64,000 nt of DNA from NCBI RefSeq assembly GCF_018350175.1, contig NC_058382.1, forward strand, positions 56,794,001-56,858,000. Direction: 5' to 3'. The stretch comes from Felis catus. Lineage: Eukaryota. Positions within the stretch are counted from its first letter, which is position 1. Every line of letters begins with the position of its first letter. Shown in pieces: positions 49,499 to 61,965 of this stretch. The notes under the pieces are model-generated. The model saw only the letters and a program-made list of their open reading frames with translations. It had not been told where the DNA came from and searched no databases. The translations under genes were made by a program, and so were the position numbers.

Positions 49499-50844
49499 CC
49501 CCAAAAAAACAGATTTCAAAACCAGATTTAAGAGTTTCATTTGGGGTGACTCCCCCCTGTTAAATTTTAATCAGAAGTTAAAGGCTAAATAATAACAATT
49601 CTACCTGGGGAAATTAACCGAACAGCCTCCCTCTACTAAAATGTATCATTAACGCTTCATCTTAATTAAATGTGGCTACTGACCTCGATAGCAGGATTTG
49701 GAGTGAGGTCCTTTCTGTTTTGTTTTGTTTAATGAATGATTCTTTTCTCGAGTCAACAAACACAGAGCTTGAAATGTAAATGGATTGTTTACAGTGGCGC
49801 CTTTGTAGTTTTTAATTAAAGGGTTGTTCTTCCATTGGAAGTTTATGGTGGCAATACATTTTATTGCCTACTCCGCTGTAGAGTTTTTAATTATTTATGT
49901 AAATGTATTAGCACAGCTGACTCTTATTTTCAGTGGTCAGATTTTGGTGTTATGAAGATGCCAATGGAAAACAAGGTCTAATAAATTAAACAACCGAAGT
50001 TTTAAAGATTGAACATCGTCCGCGGCTAAAAATAGAATTCTGGCTTTTATCATGATCCGGGGGTGGAAGGTTTTCATTATTAACCTCAATTAGAGGCACT
50101 CGATTCAGTTGACGTGAAAAGGGCTGACCATTTGGATAAACAATGGAAAAGTCATTTTACAATCCAGCCGCCTTTTTAACATCCGTCTACACGGGTTGTT
50201 CTAAATCTGCCACGGGCCAGACTTTCATTACTGAAAGCACGGTTTTGAATTGGTTATATTTGAATACAATTATGACGGTCATCCTTGCCTGCCTGAGAAA
50301 TTAATTCTCATAGCCGACATACAAAATATTGACAAACGCTAATATGGTTTCTTGCCCACTGTTTTCTAAGCTGTTAAATCTGCTTAGCTGGGTGTTTTGT
50401 TGTTGTTGTTGTTGTTTTCATTTTAATAAAGGCGTTTGCAATAGACCCGCGTTGCTGCAGACGCTCCCCGTATCATATTGATTGAGAAAGCCATACGTCT
50501 CAGGATGGCAAGAGAAGTCAGCCGAATGGACAGGAGCAGGCTTATTTTATGAGTGCACTCTGTCAGTCACCAACACCAGGCAGCCCCCGAACACATCTGG
50601 GGGGGGTCTCGTGAAGGGCTCATCACGACCTTAGTACTAACGCAGGTAAATAACCGTAGACAGCGAGCCACGTAGCTCATTCAAGAAGCGTGTTTCAACA
50701 GCAGCTCCCAGTTTGCATTTAACAGCGAGTTTCAGGAGAAGATCAGACCTCGTAGAGCCGGCTCGGAACAGCCTCGCGTGCCTGTGCGGAGTGGGGCCTC
50801 TGGATCTGGACTAGGGCTGGGCTGGGATAAGCCAGCTCGTCAAT

Positions 50845-52075
50845 CGTTGAATCATTCACTCATTCCGCAGGCGTCTGACGAGCACTTACGACACGTCGGC
50901 CCTTTTCTAGGCACTGGGGACACAGCAGCAACACAAACAGTTAAAGAGATGTGTCGTCATGAAGATTGTAGGCCAGTGGCCGAGGGGGAGAGGAAGCAAA
51001 CAAGAAAACAAATGAGCAAAATGAATAGCATCGTAGTGGGCGGTCAGTGCAAAGAAAGAAAAAAGGCAGAGAAAGAAGTGAAGGTCTGAAAGTCTAGATT
51101 CCAGGGAAGGACTCGCCGACGAACCGAAGGAAACAGGGGTGAGCCGTGCACGTGTCTGCGGAAGAGTGGTCCAAGCCAGGGGCAGGGGGGACGACAAGTG
51201 CAAAGGCCCTGAGGCAGGATGTGCGGAGGTATGAGATACAGGGGGTGAGGTATCACTGGGTCTGGTGCAGAGTGGGTGAGGTGGGGAGAGGCGATCAGAG
51301 GTGCACGGGGGTAAAGCTTTTACTGTGAATAAGACAGGAAGGTAAGCCGCGGTGGTTTTAGAGAAGAGCAAGTGGGGAGGGGTGGTGGGGAAGGGAGACG
51401 GCAAAGACCAGTGGGGAGGGTCCTGCAATGAGCCAGGTAGGTGAGAGGTGGCACGGCTTTGGACTTGGCGTTGGCGGTATGTGCCGTGAGAAGCAGGCCT
51501 TACTGAATGTGTCTGGAAGGTGATGGCAGTCGGGATGTGCGGATCAACCACGTGTGTGAGAGATACACACACACACACACACACAGATGCCCAGGTTTTT
51601 GTCCTAAGCGACTGGAAGATGGGGTGGATGGTTATGAAGCAGACAGGCTCACTAGGGAAGGGACTCGGAGGAGGTGTCAGAAACTCACTTTTTTTGTCTG
51701 TTTACTGTTCATTTATTTTTGAGAGAGAGAGAGAGACAGGGCATGCATGGGGGAGGGGCAGAGAGAGAGGGAGACAGAACCTGAAGCACGTTCCAGGCTC
51801 TGAGCTGTCAGCACAGAGCCCGACACGGCGCCCGAAATCACGAACCGTGAGATCGTGACCTGAGCCGAAGTCGGACACGTAACCGACTGAGCCACCCAGG
51901 CGCCCCAGGAACTCGGTTTTGATGGTACTGAGTTTAAGGCAGAGACAGGGAGCGGGGATGGGCAGCAGGCAGGGTCTGGGCTAGACGGAAAAGTCTGGGT
52001 GTCGTGCACATCCACATGACATTTAAACGCCCGAGTCTTTGAGATTCCCCCAGAGGTGAGGAGGCCCAGGGGTGG
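50845..52075 (-). mobile_element. L2 LINE relic interrupted by a SINE
   Basis: tcattcactcattc...ttctaggcactggggacacagcag...caagtgcaaaggccctgaggcagga...ccaggtttttgtcctaagcgactggaagatgg. Confidence 0.75.
51689..51906 (-). mobile_element. SINEC_Fc
   Basis: ccaggctctgagctgtcagcacagagcccga...gccgaagtcggacacgtaaccgactgagccacccaggcgcccc. Confidence 0.94.
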
Positions 52076-53219
52076 CCCTGCCTGGCATGTTCTACGTGAG
52101 GCCTGCCCCCTGAGAATAAGTGAGCCAGCCGCAGTTAAATACAACAGGTGCTCTTGCCCGGGCAGCCAGACCTCAAAGCAGCACAACCGGAGTCTACACG
52201 GGCACCACTTTCTGGACCCAGGATGGAGTGGACACTCAGCCAGCGGCCGATGAGCCTGGCTCTGCCCGTCTCCTTCTCTCCGGCCATCAGCAAGTCGCGC
52301 CCTCTGCCCGGGTCCAACCCTCCGCCGCGGTCACCCTAAGTTCGCCTGTTTCTTACAGCCGCGCGGATGTGCTCGTGGTCATGACAGAGTAGCTGGCGTT
52401 TACTTTGTCCCAGACTCTGTTCTCTGTGGCTCGTGTGCTCGGTCACATGTGATTTCCCAACAACCCTGTAAAGAGGGTGCCTCGGTTACCCCCTCTTCAG
52501 AGGTGAGGACGGTGAGCCTCAGCGAGATTCAGGAACACCCCCAGAGGCACACGGATTCCCACGCAGGAGCTCTGGCTGTGGGACATACCTCGCACCTTCC
52601 TGCTCCTCTGCCCACAGACCAGACTCTCGCTGGAGAAGCTCAGCCCTCGGTGTGCATTTGCCAAAAACCTCAGCAGCCTTGCTCTATCAGACTCCACTTC
52701 TCAGAACAACCCTGCACATTCTGTTTCTGATTTTTGCTGATCGCCCCGAAATCGATGACACCCACCAGTGCCGACCACCCCACCGAGACCCTCTGCTGCC
52801 CAGATGTCTGGGGTGGGGAGGCGGCCCAGGCAGGGCTGCGTGGGTAGAAGTGGCCGAAAGCCCTCAGGGTTTCGTGCGTGCGGGCACCTTCTCGCCACCA
52901 TCATCCGGCGGGGACGCCTCCGTCCCTGGGTTTCCCTGTTTCCTGTGCTTCCTGCTCGTACGGCTGCCTTCCCAAGAACAAGGTTCCATCATAACATCAC
53001 TTTCGATGCTGCCAGCCTTTACTGGAAGAGGTTAGACAATCACAAAGGTGAAACATGTTTTCCCAACGTGTGCAGGGGAAACAGACGTTGACTTCTCGCT
53101 CCATTGGAGAATCAGTCTTGTCTCCAGGGGCTGCCCCAGAGGGCCTCCTGGGTCTCACGTGGCCTTGCAAAGAGGGCTGCCACAGCCCCGCAGCTCTCGT
53201 GGCTCTGCCAGTCCGGTGC

Positions 53220-53430
53220 CCTGAGTTCAAATCCCCACCCATCCGCTTCCGGGTGTGTAACCTCAGGCAGACATCCAGTTCCTCCAGCCTCAGTTTCCTC
53301 TCTTATAAAGTGGGGGCAATAATGTCTGGGCTGCAGGGTCACTGTGGAGGATAAAGCAGATAATTCAGGAGAAGCGCTTGAAGCACAGAGCCTGGCACAT
53401 AGTAGGCACTCAATGAACCGATTATCATTC
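53220..53430 (+). mobile_element. MIR SINE
   Basis: gcctcagtttcctctcttataaagtggggg...agcgcttgaagcacagagcctggcacatagtaggcactcaat. Confidence 0.8.
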
Positions 53431-54635
53431 TTGGCCAAGAGTTTAAATGTAGCCATTGTCTAAAGGAGGCTCTTCAAGAATGATAAGGATGTTTTCCTAC
53501 GATCCGTGGTTTCCACGCGTTGCAAACTTACAATAAACAAGTCTGCGGAAACACTTACCAGGGTTATTAGTGGAAATTCGTCACAGCTCCCAGGAACGGT
53601 GGCACGTCCACAGCCAGGCCAGGGTATCTCACTGCTAAAAGCCTCACCATGATGGCAGTCTCCTCCTCATTCCCGGGGAATTGAAGGTAGCAGAAAGAAG
53701 TTTCTGAAGGCTCAGTCTTGTCATCTGCCGTTTGCTTGCCTGCAAACAATTCTCAGAGATGACGGGGCACGTGGACGCGTGGTGAGCACTTATTAAACAC
53801 ACGGTGCAAACAACTGACTTTTGAAGGTTTGCAGCTTGGCTTTTCGGGGGACAGGTATGCTCGATCTTGCCATCTTTCTAGAGCATACGTGTAACGGTCC
53901 TATTTTCTGCTAGTACAACGGTTCCTGGTTCGGGTATCAGGATTCAACTGATCCGTAGGTTAAGATGCTCTGCAAAGCATATGATGCCATGCACATGACA
54001 CCATGACTAGGAGAGACTGTCACCCAGGCAAGCTGAGGACCTGGTCGAATGTCTGAAGGGAGATGAAACAAAGGAGACTTAGCAGTGAGTAGGAGAGGGC
54101 GTTACGCTTCAGGACCTCCGATTGGTGACTTCTGGTGCAGGGTCTGTCGGGATCCGTGGCTGCAACCACGGATGGAGCCAGCATCTGCTCCATTACGTGG
54201 AATAAAGCAAGAATTGACGAGATTGAGCTGGGGAGTCACAGAAGGGCCGGGAGACCAGAGGAGAAGCTGGGAAAAACTGAGTGGTCACCAAATGGAACCA
54301 GAGAGGGGAGACGACTGAGGCTGGAATGACAGATATCCACACACCCTTCCCGTGAATCTGAGTTTTCCCGCCATGCCCCGGATGATCCATGCTGGGCACT
54401 CGGGCCACGGCTGTCCCCAGACGCACGATGTGAGGGACACACGCTGGCACACGGAGTAATTGCGCTGAGAGTCTCTGTCTCAGAAGGAGCACGAGCCCTG
54501 GACGGGAGCAGGGGTGTGGCTCCGGAGGGCTGTGCAGCCCAGGGCCGCTGGAACAGGGGGCGGTGAGCGGCGCGTTCCCCTGGGGAGGACACTTTTAGGG
54601 AGCACCAGAAAACTCAGCCATCAAGACAGTCTTTT

Positions 54636-54848
54636 TTTTTTTCAACGTTTGTTTATTTTTTTTGGGACAGAGAGAGACAGAGCATGAACGGGGGAGGGGC
54701 AGAGAGAGAGGGAGACACAGAATCGGAAACAGGCTCCAGGCTCTGAGCCATCAGCCCAGAGCCCGATGCGGGGCTCGAACTCATGGACCGTGAGATCGTG
54801 ACCTGGCTGAAGTCGGACGCCTAACCGACTGCGCCACCCAGGCGCCCC
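54636..54848 (-). mobile_element. Young SINEC_Fc copy with perfect TSD
   Basis: TSD caagacagtctttt at 54622-54635 and 54849-54862. Confidence 0.96.
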
Positions 54849-55686
54849 CAAGACAGTCTTTTAATGCAATATTTTTTTATGTCAAAATTAACACAAAAAT
54901 TCACGTTAAACAAAATATGACATCTGTAAGTAAAGTAGGATCGATGTTGCTGATTTTCTTCCACCTCTGATACGCCCGGGCACAGAAGGTGAAGGCTCCT
55001 TGGGGCCCGCTTCATCTGTAAATTTAAAGGGTGGGACCGGGGCGCAGCATCTGTAGATGTGATGGTGCGATATCTCGTTCCCACGCTGGGCACCCCGGAA
55101 GTGGGTGTGGCTGTCCCCATCCTACAGAGGAACAGCGGTACCCAGATATGCTCAGGGTTGAAAAGTTAGTGAGTGGAAGGGATGGAAGTCAAATTCACAC
55201 ATGCTTATGCCCAAGGGTTTTTTAACAAGGAAAGTATTTCTTTTGTTTTGCAAGAGGAGAAATCATCATTTAAAAACAAACAAACAAAAAACGCACCCAG
55301 TAGAACCTACAGCCTCCTTCAGATCGCATAGAATGATTCTCAAATTCTCTTCCGAGTGGGATTTTTATTTCACGAGCTAAGCTGAGGGTCAGGGTTCAGA
55401 GGGTCAGTTTTGTCTCTATTCTGCGCTTGAATTCTTTGTGTCTGGGGTTTCTTTTAAAACGTGTAGAGATGGGAGGACCAGAGGGGCCAGCAGAGTGAGA
55501 AGTGAAAAAATGGCTCTTATGGCCCCGGCTGGCGTCCTTCTGAGCGTCCTTCATTGGACACCCACAAATGAGCTGTTCTCTGGAAATGGAGGTGAGCTGT
55601 TCTCCCAGGAGCCACCCAAGAGCAATGACGGGCCAGTGATTCCTGTCAGATGCTTCACCCTTGCTGTCTAAAAATTAAACATCTCT

Positions 55687-55853
55687 GGGACTCCTGGCTG
55701 GCTCAGTCAGTTAAGCGTCCGACTTCGGCTCAGGTCACGATCTCGCGGTTCGTGGGTTCGAGCCCCGCGTCAGGCTCTGTGCTGACAGCTCGGAGCCTGG
55801 AGCCTGCTTCGGATTCTCTGTCCTCCTCTCTCTCTGCCCCTCCCCCGTTCATG

Positions 55854-55885
<32 letters not shown>

Positions 55886-55940
55886 TCCTCAAAAATAAAT
55901 ACACATTAAAAAAATTTTAATGAATAAAAATCTTAAAAAA
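55687..55940 (+). mobile_element. SINEC_Fc with perfect TSD
   Basis: taaaaattaaacatctctgg at 55669-55688 and 55941-55960. Confidence 0.95.
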
Positions 55941-56299
55941 TAAAAATTAAACATCTCTGGCTCACCGAGTAAATATTTCACAAATACTTATATCGATTGT
56001 CCGGTCACTAGGGAGATGCATCTACTAATGTGAGCAAGTGTATCTTCAGTCTCTGTGTTTCCTGCAACTGCTCTGAGCACCTTGATCTAAGCCACATCCC
56101 CCATTCACCTGGATGGTGATCCCTGGCCCGAGCCAGCCTCCTCATCGTGCTGTGTCCACACCGTATCCTTCTGCGGCCGGCCTTGCTCTGCACCGGCTTC
56201 TCCCTCTCTCCTGGCCATCTCCGCTCCCACGGCGTGGCCTTCCCCGCCTGTCTTCTCCGCTCAGGAACTGTGCAGAAATCATTCTCTCTGCCTTGGATC

Positions 56300-56915
56300 A
56301 CACCGACCCTCATTATGCACACGTGCTGTGTTTGCAAATTCGACAAGCTAAGGTTGATTTGTAGCCCCAACACACTTGCTATCTTCGCGGTCCCTGGCAG
56401 AGACGTGCGTGGAACAGTGGTACATCTTGAGCCGCCCGACACGCACCTTCCCAGCCGAGGTCCAAACAGGGGACGCTCGGCCTTCTTCCTTCGGCTGTCA
56501 TACAGTGACCAGGCATGCTTTCGAGGTCTATTTGGTGCCACATTTTTTTTTTTTTTTGCATTTTTGGGCTTTGGGTGGTGATTTTGCCGTCTGAAATGGC
56601 GCCGGCGCAGTGCTGTCTGGTGTCGGTAACAGTGAGAAGCTGGGAGGGGCCTTATGGAGAAAATAATGTGTTGGATGAGTTCCTTCAGGCCTGAGTTCTA
56701 GGGCTGCTGGCCATGCATTTAATGTTAATGATCGACAGTGCGTGTTAAATACGGTGTCTTTCAACAGAAACACACATAAAATAAGGCGATGTAATGATTA
56801 GTTGACAAAAACGTGACCACAGTCTCGCAGGAGCCCAGGAGCAGTGGCTGGTGTCACTAATTCAGCGCTCACAGTGCCTAGACCGCGGTCACGGAGAACG
56901 GCTAGGATGGACAGC
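56300..56915 (+). mobile_element. TcMar-Tigger non-autonomous DNA transposon (MER82-like)
   Basis: gaccctcattat...cccagccgaggtccaaaca...ccttatggagaaaataatgtgttggatgag...aatgttaatga...gtgtctttcaacagaaacacacataaaataagg. Confidence 0.75.
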
Positions 56916-57587
56916 TTGCCCGTACGTTTGCTGCCTGTCTTCCCTCTCCCTGGGCTACAAGCCCCGTGGAGGCAGGAGCCACATGAGTCTTGACACATAA
57001 TGGGCAATCCATAAGTTTTTGTTGAATTGATGAATAAATTGGAAATAAGCCATGATTTTCGAAGCCAGCTTTTCCTCAGGCTTTAGACTGTAGTGAGTCC
57101 TGTTCCGGGGTTCACAGTTAACCCCTCTTGGCAAAGTCTACAAAGGGATTGCCATCAGGGTCTGACTCTAACAAACAGTGTGAGTGAACGCTGATTCAGT
57201 GTTTTGACTCAACTATCACGCGATGCTCTGCTTTGGGCCTCCCCTCTGGGCTTCAGAAAATAAAAGTGGAGGCTCCCCCCGCCTCTCCCAGTGCCCCTGG
57301 CCAGGCACTGAGGCTCTGCTGAACCTCTTGGAGGCCACCTTGGGTGGTGATGGTGCCACCCAGCTGTTCAGGGTGCCGCGGCCGTGGAAGGCTCACGAGA
57401 GGCCACGAGTATCTGTAGCTTGGTCCCTCCTGGGGAGAGGCTACCCTGACAAGCCCTGTGACTCCTCCCTGGACCAAGAAGTTACTCCCAGGAAGACTGT
57501 TACCCCAAACGAGCCCATTAGTTTGGAACACCGAGAGCTGGTTTGCTAACGAGCAGGCTCGTTGCTTCCTTCACAGCTTCTGTGAGC

Positions 57588-57798
57588 GCGGGAGTCCAAA
57601 AACTTCCCCTCCAGGGTCAGATGATGAGGAGTGGAGGCTTCGTGGGCCCCACGTTCTGTCGCAACTACTCGACTCGGCTGTTACAATGCGAAAGCCGCCA
57701 CGCGGACCGATAGGCGCGGCTGTGTTCCAATAAAACTTTATTCACACAAGCAGTCGGAGGGCCGGATTTGCCCTTGGACCATGGTTTGCCAGTCCCTT
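57588..57798 (+). mobile_element. MER58-like hAT-Charlie fossil
   Basis: tctgtcgcaactactcgactc...ggctgtgttccaataaaactttatt...ggccggatttgccc...tttgccagtccct. Confidence 0.8.
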
Positions 57799-58679
57799 CA
57801 GTAGGTTCCTTCCCATGCGATGGGGTCTAGAGTGTTCTACTCTGCACCGTAAGCCCTTTGAGGAAGGACTGAGTCACGTGCACTTTTCTCTCCACAACAC
57901 CCGGCACGGTGCCCGCCCCATAGCAAGCCATCAACCAACCCTTGCTAAACATGTGACTTCTAGGACACGGCCCCCCAAACTCAGGTGTCGCGAGACACGC
58001 CAAGCAGGTGAGAGGGAATCTGAGGTCCCGTGACATTCCATCTGTCTTCATCCTGCGTCCTGTTGTCGATACTCAAAACAGAAGCAGTTGTTTTTCTGAC
58101 AGTAAATCAAAACAGTACTCCTGTATTCGTTCAACAAACAGCCAGTGAACGTGGGGGCAGCATCCAGATGTCAGCTGGGATCCGCCTGCCCTTGAGACTT
58201 GAGTAAACTCGTGACAAATCCTGATTCCGTGCCCCGGAGCAGACCAAAGGCTTCCCCAAGATTCACGCCGATTCCGGAGGGCTGGAGAAAGAGGCCCCGC
58301 CTCTCGAGCTCGGGTTCCGCTCTGACAAGTCAGCTCCATTTCTCACTGCCTCACTCGCTGTCCTGAACGTGCCAGGCTGCCGTGTTCCACGTCCACGTTG
58401 CCCTTTCCCTCACTCCTTTCGGGCGCACGAGCACACGCGCGTGCGCGCTCACCGTGACCATCAGAATCTGAGAATGTCTGGAGGTGGGAGGGGGAGGCAG
58501 TTACATGACCTCAGATGGCTTCAACCTGCGCCCCCGTGGCCCTCAACTGAAGATTCTTCTCCCCGCCCCTTGCCTCTGTATGTTTCGCAGGACACGGCAG
58601 CCCCAGAAGCTCCCCCAAGCTCAGCACAGATGGTGACTCCTCTCCGGTCTCCAACCTCCCCTCTCAGGCCCCCACTTCT

Positions 58680-59200
58680 TTTGTAACAGCTTCGTAGAGG
58701 TGCGGCTGACGTGCCATGAACTGCTCATACTTCTAAGTGGATGATTTGCTGGGGCGCCTGCGTGGCTCCGTTGGTTGAGCGTCTGACTCTTGATGTCGGC
58801 TCAGGTCGTGATCCCAGGGTCATGGGACTGAGCCCTGCGTCGGGCTCCACGCTGAGCTTGGAGCCTGCTTGAGATTCTCTCTCTTTCCCTCCGCCCCTCT
58901 CCCCTGCCCATGAAACTATCACCCCTGCTTGAGATTCTCTCTCTTTCCCTCTGCCCCTCTCCCCTGCCCATGAAACTATCACCCTGTCAGGGAGTGTACT
59001 CCCAGAAGGGCCCCTTTGTCACCCTCCCTCCTGCCCCTCTCCCCGCCTCCCCGCATCCTCCGGAGAATCACGAATCACTCTGGGTCACTCTGGATGAGTG
59101 TACATTTTCTAGAGTTTGACATGAATTGGGTCCTGGAGTACATACTCGTTGTCTGGCTTCTTTCGCTCAGCACAACGATTTGGGGGTTCGTCCGTGCCGT
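58680..59200 (-). mobile_element. Ancient L1M 3' UTR fragment interrupted by a SINE
   Basis: taacagcttcgtagaggtg...cattttctagagtttgacatgaattgggtcctggagtacatactc...tctggcttctttcgctcagcacaa. Confidence 0.65.
58751..58969 (+). mobile_element. Tail-less Can-SINE with a duplicated 3' junction
   Basis: ggggcgcctgcgtggctccgttggttgagcgtctgactcttga...; no A tail; 60-bp repeat at 58864-58923 and 58924-58983. Confidence 0.92.
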
Positions 59201-59315
59201 GAAATTACCGGGAAGGACAGACATCCAGCCAAACCCAGGGGTGCCTTCTGGAGGGGGGGAAGGAGACTGAGGGTTGGAGCAAGTCCCCCTCTATTTCTTC
59301 GGTTTGCAGGTTTTT

Positions 59316-59542
59316 TTTTTTTAATTTTTTTTTTCAACATTTTTATTTTTTATTTTTGGGACAGAGAGAGACAGAGCATGAACGGGGGAGGGGCAGAGAG
59401 AGAGGGAGACACAGAATCGGAAACAGGCTCCAGGCTCCGAGCCGTCAGCCCAGAGCCCGACGCGGGGCTCGAACTCCCGGACCGCGAGATCGTGACCTGG
59501 CTGAAGTCGGAGGCTTAACCGACTGCGCCACCCAGGCGCCCC
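59316..59542 (-). mobile_element. Young SINEC_Fc copy with TSD
   Basis: TSD tgcaggttttt at 59305-59315 and 59543-59553; same diagnostic bases as the copies at 49270 and 54636. Confidence 0.96.
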
Positions 59543-60784
59543 TGCAGGTTTTTAGAATAGTCTCCTGTTTCCTTTTTTGGTTATTTTAAATGCCTTTTAA
59601 TGAGCAAATGCATGCTCATTGTAGAAAAATTAAAGAACACAGAGCAGAAAGAAGCAGCGAATTACAAGTCACCTTTAATCCCACTGCCCGGATACGGCCA
59701 CCGTCATAGTTCACTGTGTCACAGGCGCACGTTTTGCTTCCTTTTGTGTAATTAAACAGGCCATGGGAACCGCGCTCAGCGTCCTGGGGACCTGACTTGT
59801 GTTTACTTTTTTTAAGAGGTGCTAATCTTTGATTAACAAGGATGAATGTAACATTTAAGAGGAATCTAATTGCGCCTCTTCTCCTTCTCAACAAAACGAC
59901 ACTATTCCCCACCAAGTGTGGAGTCAAGACGGAGGATGTATGGCTGTGAGCTGGGGAATTATAGGGCACATTTTTCATGTCACTGTCTAGACAGTCGTGT
60001 GAGCGCTCCCACAGAGAGGTACCCCCGGCTGCAGGTTGCATCCCCAACTGAAGCCAGGCTTGATAATAACTCACTTTGTCATTACTTAATTCTGTGATGG
60101 CTGCGGTTACTCAGCCAGAATGGAACGGCTCCGTGGCTGGAAAGACGAGGCCCTCGGTGTCAGGATGTCTAGGGACAGAAACAGCAAGGGGGACAGGTGA
60201 GCGGGACCGAGGGGCGGCCACATAAAGGAGTCTGATGATGGACGCAACGCTTGGAGACATTTATTTTCCAAAGGACATATTCGTATGTTTCGTTCATCGG
60301 CTCGTTCGGTCGACACGCGTCCAGGGAGGGCCTCTTGGGAGCCACCAGAGAGGCCACCACCAGGCACAGGACAAGCCCCACGTCCAGGTGTTCTCCCCAC
60401 AAAGCGCACAGCAGGCTTTGAGGGGCCCTGTGTTTAAGCTAACGTTAGCCTGCCCGGGCCCCTGCGTGGATTCACCAGCATCCAGCGGCTCTCACATATG
60501 TCACATTCTCCTATGTGTGTGTGCTCAGGTGGGCGCCCTGAGTGCCACCCGTCACCCCCACCCCCGGCCGCTCCCTCAGGACCCGCCAGACCTCTCCACG
60601 GTCAAGCCCATCAGCTGCCCAGCGCCCCCCTCCCCCCGCCCCGGTGTGGGGTGCTAGGTGTTCTGTGACTCTTCTCTGTGCCTTTGCTCAAGTGGCTTCC
60701 CAGCATCTCCCTTCAGGTGACTCCCACGTAACAGGCTGTGGCTGAACCCTGCTTGGACACAGGCGGTCAGAGTCGTGCTTTGGA

Positions 60785-60980
60785 GGGAGGGATTTGATGC
60801 CCAGATCTGCCTCCAACAGCTGTGGGACTTTGGGCGAGGTGCCGAGCCTCTCCCGGCCTCATTCTCTCCGGACGCAAGAGGGGATAGTACCTAGAGTCGC
60901 GGAAGGATTAAATAGGCTGGTCTGGCAAAGCTGTCGGGACAACATCTGGAAAGTTATAGGAGCCGGCACATATTCGCTAT
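60785..60980 (+). mobile_element. MIR SINE (GC-shifted)
   Basis: cccagatctgcctccaacagctgtgggactttgggcgag...gggatagtacctagagtcgcggaaggattaaata. Confidence 0.6.
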
Positions 60981-61149
60981 GACTGTAATCCTTCAGGGAC
61001 CCCTGCGAACAAAGCCTCGCCCTCGGATCCTTCCCCCCACACACACACAGCCCCCAACCCAATGGGGGCTTCACCTCCTTGCATAACTTAGCATGACTTT
61101 CAGCACGCACACACACACACACAGTTACAATTGTCAGCAAGACTCCTGG

Positions 61150-61490
61150 CCAGGGTAAGGAATACTAGGTGCCCTAAGAGATGACCCCCCGGTCTCAACA
61201 GCTTAACACGGAAAATGTGATCCCCCCCCTCACATCTTGCCAGTGATGGGGTTGGGGGAGGGGGGGGGGCAGATGGCTCTGCTTCAGGCATCATTCAAGG
61301 ACCCCAGGCTCCCGTGTGTTGGGAGACTGCCCCTTTAACGTGGGGCCCACAGGGTCTGCGGGGTCGCTGTGCACAGAGAAGGAGGAGCATCTGACAGGGG
61401 CTTTGTGGCCAGATCCAGCAGTGACATGATCACAAGTCCCCTACCCTGAGAAACGCAACCTACCCTGTAGTCCCAGATGGCAAATCACGT
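61150..61490 (-). mobile_element. Degenerate MaLR LTR fragment (MLT1I/J-like)
   Basis: ctcaacagcttaacac...gctctgcttcaggcatcattcaaggaccccaggct. Confidence 0.4.
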
Positions 61491-61965
61491 CGTCTCTGCC
61501 ACAGAGAGCTTCTCACCTCCCCGCTTGGCCAGAGACGCTCGAGGGCAAACCATGTGCCCTGGGCCTTTCACCCAGTGTTTGCTAAGTCTTAAGAATTAAC
61601 TCTGGGGCTGCTGGGGAGGCACCACGGAGAGGCTCTCTAAGCAGGGAGGTTGGGAGGGACGCAGGTGCAGAGAGGCAGAGAGGAACCCAGCCCCTTCCGG
61701 GAATATATTCAACGACAGCACTGCCCTGGGCAACACATGTTACTGAATTAAAGCAGCTCACCGCGACATTAGTGTGGGACGCATGTGGGCTCAGGGCAGG
61801 GATGAGGGGCGGCTCACGAGCGCAGAGCCCGTGACCTTCTGAACAAAGGGCAGCGTTTCCCAGCCTGTGTCTCCGGGATTCCAATGACGAGGCTGCTAAG
61901 AGTTTTCCTCCCCGCCTCACCCACCCCTCTACCAGGTCCCTGCCACAAGAAAACGCACTGATTTT

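Noticed and set aside
50635..50651. Perfect TACTAAC branch point followed by CAG|GTAAAT
   Set aside because: The branch point is only about 4 nt from the AG with no pyrimidine tract, so it is not a workable mammalian acceptor.
50907..51584. 225-aa minus-strand ORF
   Set aside because: Lies in a decayed L2 relic and starts in a (TG)n repeat; low-complexity Pro/Ser/Thr translation.
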